Origin: an uncultured bacterium
GTDB taxonomy: Bacteria; Bacillota; Clostridia; Oscillospirales; CAG-272
Length of the DNA: 63,031 nt
Direction of reading: 5' to 3'
Assembly: GCA_949293405.1 (NCBI GenBank)
Contig: CASFDI010000032.1
Coordinates: 1 to 63,031 of the forward strand
The translations under genes and the position numbers were made by a program. Positions 24,387 through 33,782 of this stretch are shown one piece after another (positions within the stretch are counted from its first letter, which is position 1; each line of letters starts with the position of its first letter). The notes beneath the pieces were generated by a model. It saw only the letters and a program-made list of their open reading frames with translations, was not told the origin of the DNA and did not search any database.

Positions 24387-26351
24387 TCAAGGGACCGAAT
24401 ACGGTTGGGTCGTACTCAATTTGTATTTCTCATTCGTGATCTGCGTGACGGTCACCTGGTCTGAAGAGGAAAGGGTCACCCCTCGCAGAGACAGTTGCCC
24501 GGAAGAGAGGAATACCGTGTCCTGTTTCTTTCCGTTGACATACACCACACTCCAGGGGGTGAAATGTTCCCCGCGCACGGTCGTTGTGCCGTTGAGCGTG
24601 CTGACGCCCGTTACACAAATCTCATTCACGCCGAACTGCAGCTCGGTGCGCCGGTAGGGATTGGCGCCTTGGTATACATAGCAGCCTCCGTACAACAGAT
24701 CGTACTCCAGCAGGCGCATCAGGTAATCATAGTCCTCCTCTTCCGACATGGTCTGATGGATGGCATTCATCGTCCCGTCCTGAATACCGACGCCTTCCAG
24801 CGCATAGGATACCACCTGATAAGCCGCGAGATCGCGGTCAGGCTGAGGAGCCGTGTCCCGGTTGGACCAGATCACATACTCCGTACGGTAAAGGTCCTCT
24901 TCCGAAAAGACCTGACTGATATCGCCGACGCTGGGCAGATGATCGCCGTACATCACCAGAACCACTTCCTCATCCAGAGCAGACAGCGCTTCGATCAACT
25001 CGGAAAGGAACAGATCCATCTGATGAATCTGATTCACATAATACCGGTACCGGGCAAGATCCGATTCATCAAGCCCGGGCATTGTCACCGTGATCGGTCC
25101 CGGGTCCTCAAAGTCGTCCGGATATTTCCCGTGACCCTGTACCGATACTGTCATCACATAGTCGGGCCCGGAAGTGGAATTGAGGCAGTCCAGGATGGAC
25201 TGGGTAAGCACACGGTCTTCCGCCCATCCCAGCTGATTGTATGTCAGGTTCTCCATGTATTCCATGGAGGTGAAGGTATCGAATCCCAGATAGGAATACG
25301 CGATATTGCGGTCATAGAATGTGGCCGTATAGTCATGAATGGCATGTGCCTGATATCCGAGATTTTTCAGAACATACGCGTAGGATTCGCACGGCTGTTC
25401 CTTGAGAAATGTTTTGTACGGATACTCTCCGGTTCCGAAATGGTGATGACTCATGCCGGTGATGACTTCAAATTCCGTATTTGCCGTTCCGGCACCGATG
25501 GTGGGGACCGTCAGATAACCCGAGGTGTACTGCTCTTTCAATGCGGTGAAAAAAGGAAGCGGATTTTCCGAAAAAGACATCCCCTCAATACGCGTGGGAT
25601 CAATAAACGACTCCAGCTGCAGGACGATGATGTTGGGATGTTCCTCCTCTGTTTGCGGCAGTGCCTGTTCGATTTCTGACTGCAGATTCTCAATGGTTCC
25701 TTTGGAATATCCGTCGGGCCGGTCTACACCGCGGTCGAAAAGGCTGCAGGAAAAACAGTAGGCGAAACCGTACCGCTCATACGAAAGTGCGAGATTGTAG
25801 AAGGTATCGGGAGTCAGATCGGTCAGCTGCACCAGCAGTACCATGCCGGTAAGCAGCAGCGCTATCGCAACCAGCAGGATCAGCGCCCGTCGCCAGAAAA
25901 CGCGCCGGCGTTTACTGCGGATCAGAAAAACAATCATTGCCGCGATCACAAGCAGAAGCGCCGCCACAATCAGAATAAACTGCCACAGTTTCAGATACAT
26001 CCCGATAATGCCGAGTCCGGTCCGGAGAATGGCGAAATCCACCCCTTCCAGAGGCGACAGACGCACAATCATCAGCACACAGTCCGTAATGCCGAGCGCA
26101 ATCCAGATCACGGCAAACAGCATCATCCAGAAATAGCGCTTGCGGAACAGCAGAGACAGGGACATCGTTGCTGCCACGATCAGAAAGCCAAGGAAAAAGA
26201 AAAGCGGTTTTGTGAACAGGAAAACAATGGCATCGATAAAAGACCGTCTGGCAAAGGACTCCACGATCAGGTTGACCAGCAGAGCAAGCAGAAGAACCGC
26301 ACACTCCGGTCTTGCATCCAGTTTCACAGCAGCCGATTTCAATCGGTTCAT
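24387..26351 (-). CDS. LTA synthase family protein (sulfatase-domain phosphoglycerol transferase)
   Basis: Five N-terminal TM helices, then an extracellular sulfatase domain (VLQLESF, TANTEFEVITG), plus a ~90-aa beta-rich C-terminal extension. Confidence 0.8.
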   Translation of the reverse strand: MNRLKSAAVKLDARPECAVLLLALLVNLIVESFARRSFIDAIVFLFTKPLFFFLGFLIVAATMSLSLLFRKRYFWMMLFAVIWIALGITDCVLMIVRLSPLEGVDFAILRTGLGIIGMYLKLWQFILIVAALLLVIAAMIVFLIRSKRRRVFWRRALILLVAIALLLTGMVLLVQLTDLTPDTFYNLALSYERYGFAYCFSCSLFDRGVDRPDGYSKGTIENLQSEIEQALPQTEEEHPNIIVLQLESFIDPTRIEGMSFSENPLPFFTALKEQYTSGYLTVPTIGAGTANTEFEVITGMSHHHFGTGEYPYKTFLKEQPCESYAYVLKNLGYQAHAIHDYTATFYDRNIAYSYLGFDTFTSMEYMENLTYNQLGWAEDRVLTQSILDCLNSTSGPDYVMTVSVQGHGKYPDDFEDPGPITVTMPGLDESDLARYRYYVNQIHQMDLFLSELIEALSALDEEVVLVMYGDHLPSVGDISQVFSEEDLYRTEYVIWSNRDTAPQPDRDLAAYQVVSYALEGVGIQDGTMNAIHQTMSEEEDYDYLMRLLEYDLLYGGCYVYQGANPYRRTELQFGVNEICVTGVSTLNGTTTVRGEHFTPWSVVYVNGKKQDTVFLSSGQLSLRGVTLSSSDQVTVTQITNEKYKLSTTQPYSVP

Positions 26352-26363
26352 GCGTACCTCCCG

Positions 26364-26401
26364 AAAAACGAACGAGGCACAGTCCCCACGGACAATGCCT
26401 C
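26364..26401 (-). terminator. probable terminator after ychF
   Basis: Hairpin GAGGCACAGTCC/GGACAATGCCTC (26374-26401, with a 2-nt internal mismatch). On the minus strand a T-run (26364-26368) follows 5 nt later. Confidence 0.45.
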
Positions 26402-26436
26402 AAAGTGTCTGAATATACCGTGTCGTATGAGCAAAG

Positions 26437-27531
26437 TCACACATTGAAACGGAAAAGCACTACATCTCCGTCTTGCATGACATACTCTTTTCCCTCACTG
26501 CGAAGCAACCCCTTTTCGCGTACGGCGGCCATGCTTCCTTCGCGGTCCAGGTCGGCAAAGGAAACAACCTCCGCCCGGATGAACCCGCGTTCAAAATCAC
26601 TGTGGATTTTACCGGCCGCCTGCGGCGCACGCGTGCCCTTGAGGATGGTCCAGGCGCGCACTTCCTTTGGACCTGCGGTCAGGTAACTGATCAGACCCAG
26701 CAGGTGATAGCTGGCACGGATCAGCTGATCCAGTCCGCTCTCACGGATCCCGAGATCTGCCAGAAACGCGTTCTTCTCCTCTCCTGACAGTTCGGAAAGC
26801 TCCGCTTCGATTTCAGCACAAACGGCGATCAACCCGGCCCCCTGCTGCCCCGCAATTTCAGCAAGTTGCCTATAGGCGGGATTCTGTTCATATCCGCCCG
26901 CCACATCGTCTTCGGAAACATTGGCTACATAAATCACCGGTTTCATGGTAAGCAGGCGCGCATCTTCGATCAGCTCCGCCTCTTCCGGGGAAATCCCCAG
27001 TGCACGCGCACAACGACCGGCTGACAGGCCTTCCTGCAATTTCTCCAGTACCGCAAGTTCCGCCCCCAGAGTCTTATCGTTCTTCTGGAGTTTGCGCACC
27101 CGGTCCAACCTGCGCTCTACAATCTCAAGATCCGACAGAATCAACTCCAGATCGATGGTTTCCACATCACGGCGCGGGTCCACCGACCCGTCCACATGAA
27201 TGATGTCATCATTAATGAAGCAGCGCACAACATGAACAATTGCATCCACCTCGCGGATATGAGAGAGGAATTTGTTCCCCAGACCTTCCCCTTTTGATGC
27301 TCCCCGCACCAGTCCCGCAATATCCACAAATTCAATCACCGCCGGAGTGTATTTTTCCGGATGATACATTTCTGCCAGCCTGTCCATGCGGCTGTCCGGA
27401 ACCGCCACAATCCCCACATTCGGATCAATGGTGCAAAAGGGATAATTGGCCGACTGGGCTCCCGCATTGGTCAGCGCGTTGAAAAGAGTGCTCTTACCGA
27501 CATTGGGAAGACCCACGATTCCAAGTTTCAT
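26437..27531 (-). CDS. ychF: redox-regulated ribosome-binding ATPase YchF
   Basis: ORF track 26437..27555, trimmed to MKLGIVGLPNVGKSTLFNALT. A C-terminal TGS-like domain is present. Confidence 0.93.
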   Translation of the reverse strand: MKLGIVGLPNVGKSTLFNALTNAGAQSANYPFCTIDPNVGIVAVPDSRMDRLAEMYHPEKYTPAVIEFVDIAGLVRGASKGEGLGNKFLSHIREVDAIVHVVRCFINDDIIHVDGSVDPRRDVETIDLELILSDLEIVERRLDRVRKLQKNDKTLGAELAVLEKLQEGLSAGRCARALGISPEEAELIEDARLLTMKPVIYVANVSEDDVAGGYEQNPAYRQLAEIAGQQGAGLIAVCAEIEAELSELSGEEKNAFLADLGIRESGLDQLIRASYHLLGLISYLTAGPKEVRAWTILKGTRAPQAAGKIHSDFERGFIRAEVVSFADLDREGSMAAVREKGLLRSEGKEYVMQDGDVVLFRFNV

Positions 27532-27572
27532 AAATTTTTCCGTCCTTCTTGTCACAGTGAAACTACCGGCTT

Positions 27573-27601
27573 ATTATATCATAAACAAACGCGAAAGTCC
27601 A
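27573..27601 (-). promoter_or_regulatory. ychF promoter (extended -10)
   Basis: Minus strand has TGGACT, a 17-nt spacer, then TATAAT preceded by TGa (TGaTATAAT). Confidence 0.45.
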
Positions 27602-27728
27602 TCCCCATTTGGGAAAATGCGTTTTTTGATTAAAATTTATGCTTTATTCACGAAATTCTCACATTTATCGAATATAATGAACATTGTAGATTCCTTAACG
27701 AAATTAACAATTACGGAGGTTTAAACCC

Positions 27729-28418
27729 ATGGATGCAAAACTGCTGGTGGTAGATGACGATCCCAATATCTGCGAGCTTCTTCGCCTGTATTTTGAAAAA
27801 GAAGGATATAAAGTCCTGACCGCATCCGATGGCGCGGAAGGAATCAGCCATTTCAAGACATTTGAACCCGATCTGGTTCTTCTGGATGTCATGATGCCGA
27901 AAAAGGACGGCTGGCAGGTTTGCCGTGAGATCCGTGAAATATCGACCAAACCGGTCATTATGATCACCGCAAAAGGCGAAGTATTCGATAAGGTTCTCGG
28001 TCTGGAATTGGGAGCGGACGACTTTGTGGTCAAGCCCTTTGATATGAAGGAATTGTCCGCACGGATCAAAGCTGTGCTCCGCCGATACAACTCCCATCAT
28101 ACACAGGGAGACGACGAGACGGTCCGCTTTGACAATATCGAAATCAGCAAAGACAAATACGAATTGAAAATCAAAGGAAAAGCGGTGGATATTCCGCCTA
28201 AGGAGTTGGATCTTCTTTATTTCCTGGCCTCCAACTGTAACCGTGTATTCACACGCGATCAGCTGCTTGATAAGGTCTGGGGCTTTGATTATCTGGGCGA
28301 TTCGCGCACCGTCGATGTACATGTGAAGCGGCTGCGGGAAAAACTGGAAGGCGTATCCGATAAATGGCACCTCAAGACGGTATGGGGTGTCGGATATAAA
28401 TTTGAAGTACTTTCCTGA
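27729..28418 (+). CDS. OmpR-family response regulator (no adjacent kinase)
   Basis: Receiver domain (DDDP, LVLLDVMMP, a conserved Lys region) plus a winged-helix trans_reg_C domain. GGAGG lies 8 nt upstream. Confidence 0.9.
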   Translation: MDAKLLVVDDDPNICELLRLYFEKEGYKVLTASDGAEGISHFKTFEPDLVLLDVMMPKKDGWQVCREIREISTKPVIMITAKGEVFDKVLGLELGADDFVVKPFDMKELSARIKAVLRRYNSHHTQGDDETVRFDNIEISKDKYELKIKGKAVDIPPKELDLLYFLASNCNRVFTRDQLLDKVWGFDYLGDSRTVDVHVKRLREKLEGVSDKWHLKTVWGVGYKFEVLS

Positions 28419-28436
28419 TCCGGTCTGATCCCGGAG

Positions 28437-28482
28437 ACAGAAGGAGGCAACCTGCTGTAACAGGTTGCCTCCTTCTGTTTTT
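28437..28482 (+). terminator. intrinsic terminator of the response-regulator gene
   Basis: 18-bp stem ACAGAAGGAGGCAACCTG / CAGGTTGCCTCCTTCTGT (28437-28478) followed by TTTT. Confidence 0.8.
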
Positions 28483-28984
28483 ACTGCAGACCGATCAGCT
28501 TTTTGAAAAAGCGTTTGACAGCGCTCTCTTTCCGGGTACGGACAGAATGGCCGAAATCCGAATAGTCCGAGGCTACCCTTACCTGCTCTTCACCGTATGT
28601 ATAGATGACTCTGCCGGACTCATCCATGATGGTCAGAGGGCCGGGACGGGAGCGTACCAACTTTACTGCGTCCACACAGGCATCGTGTGTCGCATACCGC
28701 TGTGACATCAGTATACGGTCGCCTGCGGCGTTCCGCAGACGGAAACGGAACGCCCCGGTATTATCGGTATAAATCTGGAATTTCGGGCACGGAACGGCAA
28801 CGGGAGAGCGCGCCGTCTGATCCTGTACCGGCGTGTCTGCCAACAGCGCATGCACCTGACGGATGAGATCTTCCGCCTGCTGCTGTGTTTGTGTCAGGGC
28901 GGTTGTTCCGATAATCATCCGGTTGGCGGCGTAAAGATATGCGACATATCCCGCCTGCAGCCGTTTAATCATGAATCTGCTCAT
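28481..28984 (-). CDS. YegP/DUF1508-family protein
   Basis: KFQIYTDNTGAFRFRLRNAAGDRILMSQRYATHDACVDAVKLV matches the DUF1508 repeat. A degenerate first repeat and an extra basic C-terminal tail are present. 4-nt overlap with the upstream gene. Confidence 0.65.
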   Translation of the reverse strand: MSRFMIKRLQAGYVAYLYAANRMIIGTTALTQTQQQAEDLIRQVHALLADTPVQDQTARSPVAVPCPKFQIYTDNTGAFRFRLRNAAGDRILMSQRYATHDACVDAVKLVRSRPGPLTIMDESGRVIYTYGEEQVRVASDYSDFGHSVRTRKESAVKRFFKKLIGLQ

Positions 28985-30588
28985 CTCTGTTTTCCTTTCT
29001 GGCGCTTGCGCGACCCATGTTTTTTCCGCACATGAAAGACCACTGCTGTAACGAGCACTGCCATCCCTGACAAGACAACCGCTGCCGCAACATACCGTAT
29101 CGCGTACGGATAAGTTGTCACCGATACGGATTTCGCCATTCCGTCAAGCGCGTCGAAAAGCGCCTGCGGATTTTCTGCTGAAACCGCTACTTCCGGATGA
29201 AAAACAATCTCTTTCCCTACCGTGTACACAAAACCGCCGAACTGCGCAAGATAGCCGCCGAGCTCGACACAACGAATGTCCCCCGTCGACAGATACAGGG
29301 ATTCATCCCACTGCCAATCTGAAGCCGCCGCAGTGAAAAAGAGTATTGCAGCCTGTTCTGCCTTAAGTTTTCCTGTGCAATTTTGCCACGACAAACGGCT
29401 GTCCGCCTCTCCGTACAGCGCCATCGAATAGCCGTCAATATCAAAGCGGCATCCGTCAAGCGACAGACTCGTGTAGGATACAACCAATCCCGCACTCATA
29501 GCGGTATCGCTGAGATAACGCGACCGGTATGCCTCCTTGAATGCAGTATAGGAGACCTCGGTAAGACCGTAATTCTCCGCGATCAGATCACGGTCTCCCT
29601 CTTCCCAGATTCCCTTCAGTATTTTTCTCGCCAGATGGGAAAAGCCAGGATTCTTAAGAGTCAGCGTACTGTCGGTGATGCGTGAAACCGCAATACCGCC
29701 TTCCCCATCCGGATCCGGCGCAAGTTCAATGCCCTGGTAATAGATCTGTGCGTCAAAATCCGTCCCGTCCATTTCCAGCGCCGCCGCTGTCACACCGTAA
29801 AAACAGCGCTTCAGGTACACATCGCAGGACTGCACGGACAATGTGCCGTGCGGCACATAGAAGCCGTTCATCTGGCTGGTGAGGCGTATATCCGAATGGT
29901 CAAACTGCATGCCCTCTCCCGCATAAAAAGCGAATGTGGCCAGCATCGACCCGGTCTCAATCTCCAGATGACAGTATGAAGCCGAAAGAGTCTGTTCCGC
30001 ATGAAAAACGGCATCAACCGTGTTTCCGATCACGCTCCCCTCAACCGAAGCATCCACGCCCTCCAACGCAATATGAAGCGCTGAAAACGGAGAAATTGTG
30101 ACCTCGCGGGCAGAAGCAAAATGGGAAAACCGCACCGTGCTGTTGCGGATGGTAAGGTTTCCCGCCGCCACCCGGCAGGCGAGCATAGACCCTTCAGCGA
30201 AAGTCAGTTCGGCATCATCAAAGCAGACATCACCCTGATCCGCCCGGATCCCTTGTGCAACCGTGAAATAACCGGTAATTCTGATGTCGGTCTTCTGGGT
30301 TGCCAGGACGCTGTAACGGTAATACTCGTACGAAACATAATCGGCAGTGATAAAATTGTGAAGCTGCAGCAGACGATTTTCCGGATCATAAACCGCACTG
30401 CCGTCGTGCAAAATATCCGATGCATTCTCCTCTGTAACCGCTACTCCCGCAACATACAGACCGTAAGGCGACTCGACGACATCGCCCGGCAGATCAGCCT
30501 CATCGGATGCACCTGCCGCGATCAGGAACAGAGCGATCAGTATTGCCAGTATCCCGACCGATACCGACAGGCGTTCCTTTACACGCAT
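28981..30588 (-). CDS. hypothetical surface protein with N-terminal signal anchor and C-terminal TM anchor
   Basis: MRVKERLSVSVGILAILIALFLIAAG at the N-terminus and AAAVVLSGMAVLVTAVVF plus a basic tail at the C-terminus. The middle has irregular beta-helix-like repeats. GGAGGA lies 6 nt upstream, inside the tgt 3' end. Confidence 0.6.
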   Translation of the reverse strand: MRVKERLSVSVGILAILIALFLIAAGASDEADLPGDVVESPYGLYVAGVAVTEENASDILHDGSAVYDPENRLLQLHNFITADYVSYEYYRYSVLATQKTDIRITGYFTVAQGIRADQGDVCFDDAELTFAEGSMLACRVAAGNLTIRNSTVRFSHFASAREVTISPFSALHIALEGVDASVEGSVIGNTVDAVFHAEQTLSASYCHLEIETGSMLATFAFYAGEGMQFDHSDIRLTSQMNGFYVPHGTLSVQSCDVYLKRCFYGVTAAALEMDGTDFDAQIYYQGIELAPDPDGEGGIAVSRITDSTLTLKNPGFSHLARKILKGIWEEGDRDLIAENYGLTEVSYTAFKEAYRSRYLSDTAMSAGLVVSYTSLSLDGCRFDIDGYSMALYGEADSRLSWQNCTGKLKAEQAAILFFTAAASDWQWDESLYLSTGDIRCVELGGYLAQFGGFVYTVGKEIVFHPEVAVSAENPQALFDALDGMAKSVSVTTYPYAIRYVAAAVVLSGMAVLVTAVVFHVRKKHGSRKRQKGKQR

Positions 30589-30590
30589 GC

Positions 30591-31727
30591 TCAGTCCTCC
30601 GAACGCGCGCCAAGAATTCCGACATGCGCATGGTAGAAGGACTCATAGCAGCCGGCATCCAGTGCATCCCGGATGCGCTGCATCAGCTGGTTATAGAAAT
30701 ACAGATTATGAAGCACACACAACCGCATCCCCAGCGCTTCGCGTGCCTTGAACAGATGACGAATATAGGAACGGCTGTAATGACGGCAGGCGGGACAGTC
30801 GCAGCCGGGATCAATGGGCTTTTCGTCTGCGAAATACTTCTCATTGTTGATGTTCATTTTCCCGTGCCAGGTGAACAGATTGCCGTGCCGGGCGTTGCGG
30901 CTGGGCATCACGCAATCGAAGAAATCCACCCCACGCCATACTGCTTCCAGTATATTGACCGGCGTTCCCACGCCCATCAGGTAGCGCGGACGGTCCTTGG
31001 GCATATACGGTTCCACTGTCTCGATGATATGGTACATCAGCTCGGTCTCTTCCCCGACCGCCAGTCCGCCGATCGCGTAGCCCGGCAGATCATATTCTGC
31101 AATCTGCTCCATATTGGCAATCCGCAGATCCTCGTAAGTGCCTCCCTGGTTGATACCGAAAAGCAACTGGGAACGGTTAATCGTTTCAGGCAATGAATTG
31201 AGCCGCGCCAGTTCCGCCTTACAGCGCGCCAGCCATCGCACGGTGCGTTCACTCGAATTCTTCACATATGCGTAAGGAGCCGGATTCTCCACACATTCGT
31301 CAAAAGCCATGGCGATGGTGGAGGCAAGGTGAGACTGAATGCGCATACTTTCTTCAGGCCCCATAAAGATGCGCTTTCCGTCCATATGAGACTGGAAATG
31401 AACTCCTTCCTCGGTGATACGGCGCAATTTTGCAAGAGAAAACACCTGAAATCCGCCGCTGTCAGTCAGCACGGGTCTGTCCCAATTAAAGAAACGGTGC
31501 AAGCCTCCCATCCGGTAAATCAGGTCATCCCCGGGCCGGATATGCAGGTGATAGGTGTTGGACAGTTCCACCTGGCAGTTGACCTCGCGCAGATCCATGG
31601 TAGAAACAGCGCCTTTGATAGCGGCACTGGTTCCGACATTCATGAAAACCGGCGTCTCAATGATTCCGTGTACGGTATGCATACGCCCGCGCCGGGCGTT
31701 TTTCTCGGTTCTGATCAGTTCAAACAT
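30591..31727 (-). CDS. tgt: queuine tRNA-ribosyltransferase
   Basis: LTDSGGFQV, and the zinc site CDCPACRHYSRSYIRHL. Confidence 0.93.
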   Translation of the reverse strand: MFELIRTEKNARRGRMHTVHGIIETPVFMNVGTSAAIKGAVSTMDLREVNCQVELSNTYHLHIRPGDDLIYRMGGLHRFFNWDRPVLTDSGGFQVFSLAKLRRITEEGVHFQSHMDGKRIFMGPEESMRIQSHLASTIAMAFDECVENPAPYAYVKNSSERTVRWLARCKAELARLNSLPETINRSQLLFGINQGGTYEDLRIANMEQIAEYDLPGYAIGGLAVGEETELMYHIIETVEPYMPKDRPRYLMGVGTPVNILEAVWRGVDFFDCVMPSRNARHGNLFTWHGKMNINNEKYFADEKPIDPGCDCPACRHYSRSYIRHLFKAREALGMRLCVLHNLYFYNQLMQRIRDALDAGCYESFYHAHVGILGARSED

Positions 31728-31739
31728 GTAATATCTCCG

Positions 31740-33746
31740 TTACTTGATACGGTCAAACTGCCGGTCGAGTTCCCGCTTTGTGATCCGGTAAGCCACCGGC
31801 CGACCATGCGGACAGACAGTAATATCCGGCAGACGAAGCAACTGATCGCACAACCATGCGATATGCGCTTCATCATAAGTGCGTCCACCCTTGATGGCCG
31901 CCTTGCACGCCACCTGGTACAGCGCGCGTTCACGGCGCGCCGAATCGGTCACGGCAGGATTACCCGCTCCGCGGGCCAGCTCATCTGTCATCTGGATGAA
32001 CAGAGCCTGTGCGTCTGCGATCGTCGTGGCCTCCGGAATTGCGGTAAGCAGCACGCGCTGCCCGGAATCGGTCGGCTCAAACGAGAATCCCACCGCCCGA
32101 AGATCATCGGAAAACGATTCCGCCGCCGATGCCTCTTCAGCAGAAAGCAGTACTTCCATCGGCAGCAGCAACTGCTGAGAAGCAATGGCACCGTCGGACA
32201 GGCACTTCGCCTTCAGTTGCTCAAACAGCAGTCGCTCATGCGCCGCATGCTGATCGATCACCAGAAGGTCACCGTCATATTCCAGCAGCAGATAACACTG
32301 GAAAGCGCAGCCGATATAGCGATACAACGGTGCTGCGGGCGATGCATCCGCGTCCTCACCTGAGACGGCCGGAGGCTGCGGCAACGGCGTATCATGGGAA
32401 GAACGGTACGGCACATCAGATGCCAACATCCCGCTTGCAGCAGGAGCATGGTCGGTCAAAGTACGCAAAAGCGCGCCCGACTGCTGCGGAGATACGGTTG
32501 ATGCGGTCCCGGAAGGATAAATCTGCCTCGGTTTGGTATCGTTATTTTTCTTTTCTGTCGGTATGTGCTGTGAAACAAAAGCAGGTCTCTGTGTCCCGGG
32601 CGGCGATACCGTCGGCGATGCAACAGCAGGGATTCTGCTCTGCTGAACCGAAGCTGCCGACGTCCCCTGACGCGGAGCAAAGGCCCCCAGCAGCCCGTTT
32701 GCACGCATGCGATCCTGCGCCGGTTTATCCTGTGAAAGACGCAGAAGCGGGCGCTGACAATTGGATTCCACAGCCACTTTCACTCCGTAGTATACCGTCT
32801 CGAAAATGCGCTGTTCGTCCGAAAATTTCACCTCAAGCTTTGCCGGATGGACATTGACATCCACCAGTGCCGGATCCATCTGCAAAAACAGGAAACAGAC
32901 CGGAAAACGCTCGGGTGCTATATAGGAAGTAAACGCACGCTCCAGCGCAGCACTGACCGTTTTGCTCTTGACATACCGGCCGTTGATGAAAACATTCTGA
33001 TAGTTGCGATTGTTGCGGGCCGCCTCGCTGTTGCCTACATATCCGGTCAGCTGAACGGCATCCGTGTGATTTTCGACCGCAAGTAATTCCGCGGCAAGTT
33101 CTCTGCCGTACAGAGCATACACCACATTGCGCAGGTTGCCGTCCCCCGCAGTGGAAAAACGCAGATTCCCGTCCGCAATAAACCGGAAAGCGATATCCGG
33201 TCTTGAAAGCGCCAGTTTCTCAAGCATTGCCGAAACCGCCATGGTTTCCGTCGCGTCTTTTTTAAGGAATTTGCGCCGTGCTGGCACTTTGGCGAACAGA
33301 TTTTCTACCAGGACGGTGGTGCCATCGGCACACCCCACTTCACACAGATCGGTCACCGTCCCACTTTCGGCTATGATCATGTTTCCCATCGGAGCATCCG
33401 CAGGCTTCGAAAGAATCCGGATATCAGACACCGAAGAAATTGCGGCAAGTGCCTCCCCGCGGAAGCCGAGCGTGGTGATCCCGTCCAGATCTGCGGCAGA
33501 ATGGATTTTGCTGGTAGCGTGACGCTGCAGCGCAACCGGAAGATCATCGGAGGTCATACCGCATCCGTCATCGGTCACGCGGATCATACTGACTCCGCCC
33601 TTGCGTACTTCCGTTTCAATGGTATGCGCACCGGCGTCAATGGCATTCTCAAGCAGTTCCTTAACCACCGATGCCGGGCGATCCACCACCTCACCGGCAG
33701 CAATCAGGTTCGCAATTTCAAAACCGAGCACCTGAATTTTTCCCAT
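31740..33746 (-). CDS. mutL: DNA mismatch repair protein MutL
   Basis: GHKL ATPase N-terminus (GEVVDRPASVVKELLENAIDAG), a Pro/Ser-rich linker and a C-terminal dimerisation domain. Confidence 0.93.
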   Translation of the reverse strand: MGKIQVLGFEIANLIAAGEVVDRPASVVKELLENAIDAGAHTIETEVRKGGVSMIRVTDDGCGMTSDDLPVALQRHATSKIHSAADLDGITTLGFRGEALAAISSVSDIRILSKPADAPMGNMIIAESGTVTDLCEVGCADGTTVLVENLFAKVPARRKFLKKDATETMAVSAMLEKLALSRPDIAFRFIADGNLRFSTAGDGNLRNVVYALYGRELAAELLAVENHTDAVQLTGYVGNSEAARNNRNYQNVFINGRYVKSKTVSAALERAFTSYIAPERFPVCFLFLQMDPALVDVNVHPAKLEVKFSDEQRIFETVYYGVKVAVESNCQRPLLRLSQDKPAQDRMRANGLLGAFAPRQGTSAASVQQSRIPAVASPTVSPPGTQRPAFVSQHIPTEKKNNDTKPRQIYPSGTASTVSPQQSGALLRTLTDHAPAASGMLASDVPYRSSHDTPLPQPPAVSGEDADASPAAPLYRYIGCAFQCYLLLEYDGDLLVIDQHAAHERLLFEQLKAKCLSDGAIASQQLLLPMEVLLSAEEASAAESFSDDLRAVGFSFEPTDSGQRVLLTAIPEATTIADAQALFIQMTDELARGAGNPAVTDSARRERALYQVACKAAIKGGRTYDEAHIAWLCDQLLRLPDITVCPHGRPVAYRITKRELDRQFDRIK

Positions 33747-33782
33747 GCGGCTGACCCTCCTTTCCTTCTGTGGTACGGCCGT

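Noticed and set aside
18000-26400. A search for mobile-element scars around the TerB-ATPase-helicase operon: integrase or transposase ORFs, a flanking tRNA, direct or inverted repeats.
   Set aside because: None were found by eye. The flanks are ordinary genes (ltaS upstream, methyltransferase-hslO downstream) with a normal terminator and promoter, so I do not call a genomic island or mobile element.
32300-32700. A low-complexity Pro/Ser/Ala-rich segment inside mutL, considered as a possible insertion.
   Set aside because: It corresponds to the normal flexible linker between the MutL ATPase and dimerisation domains, and the reading frame is continuous.
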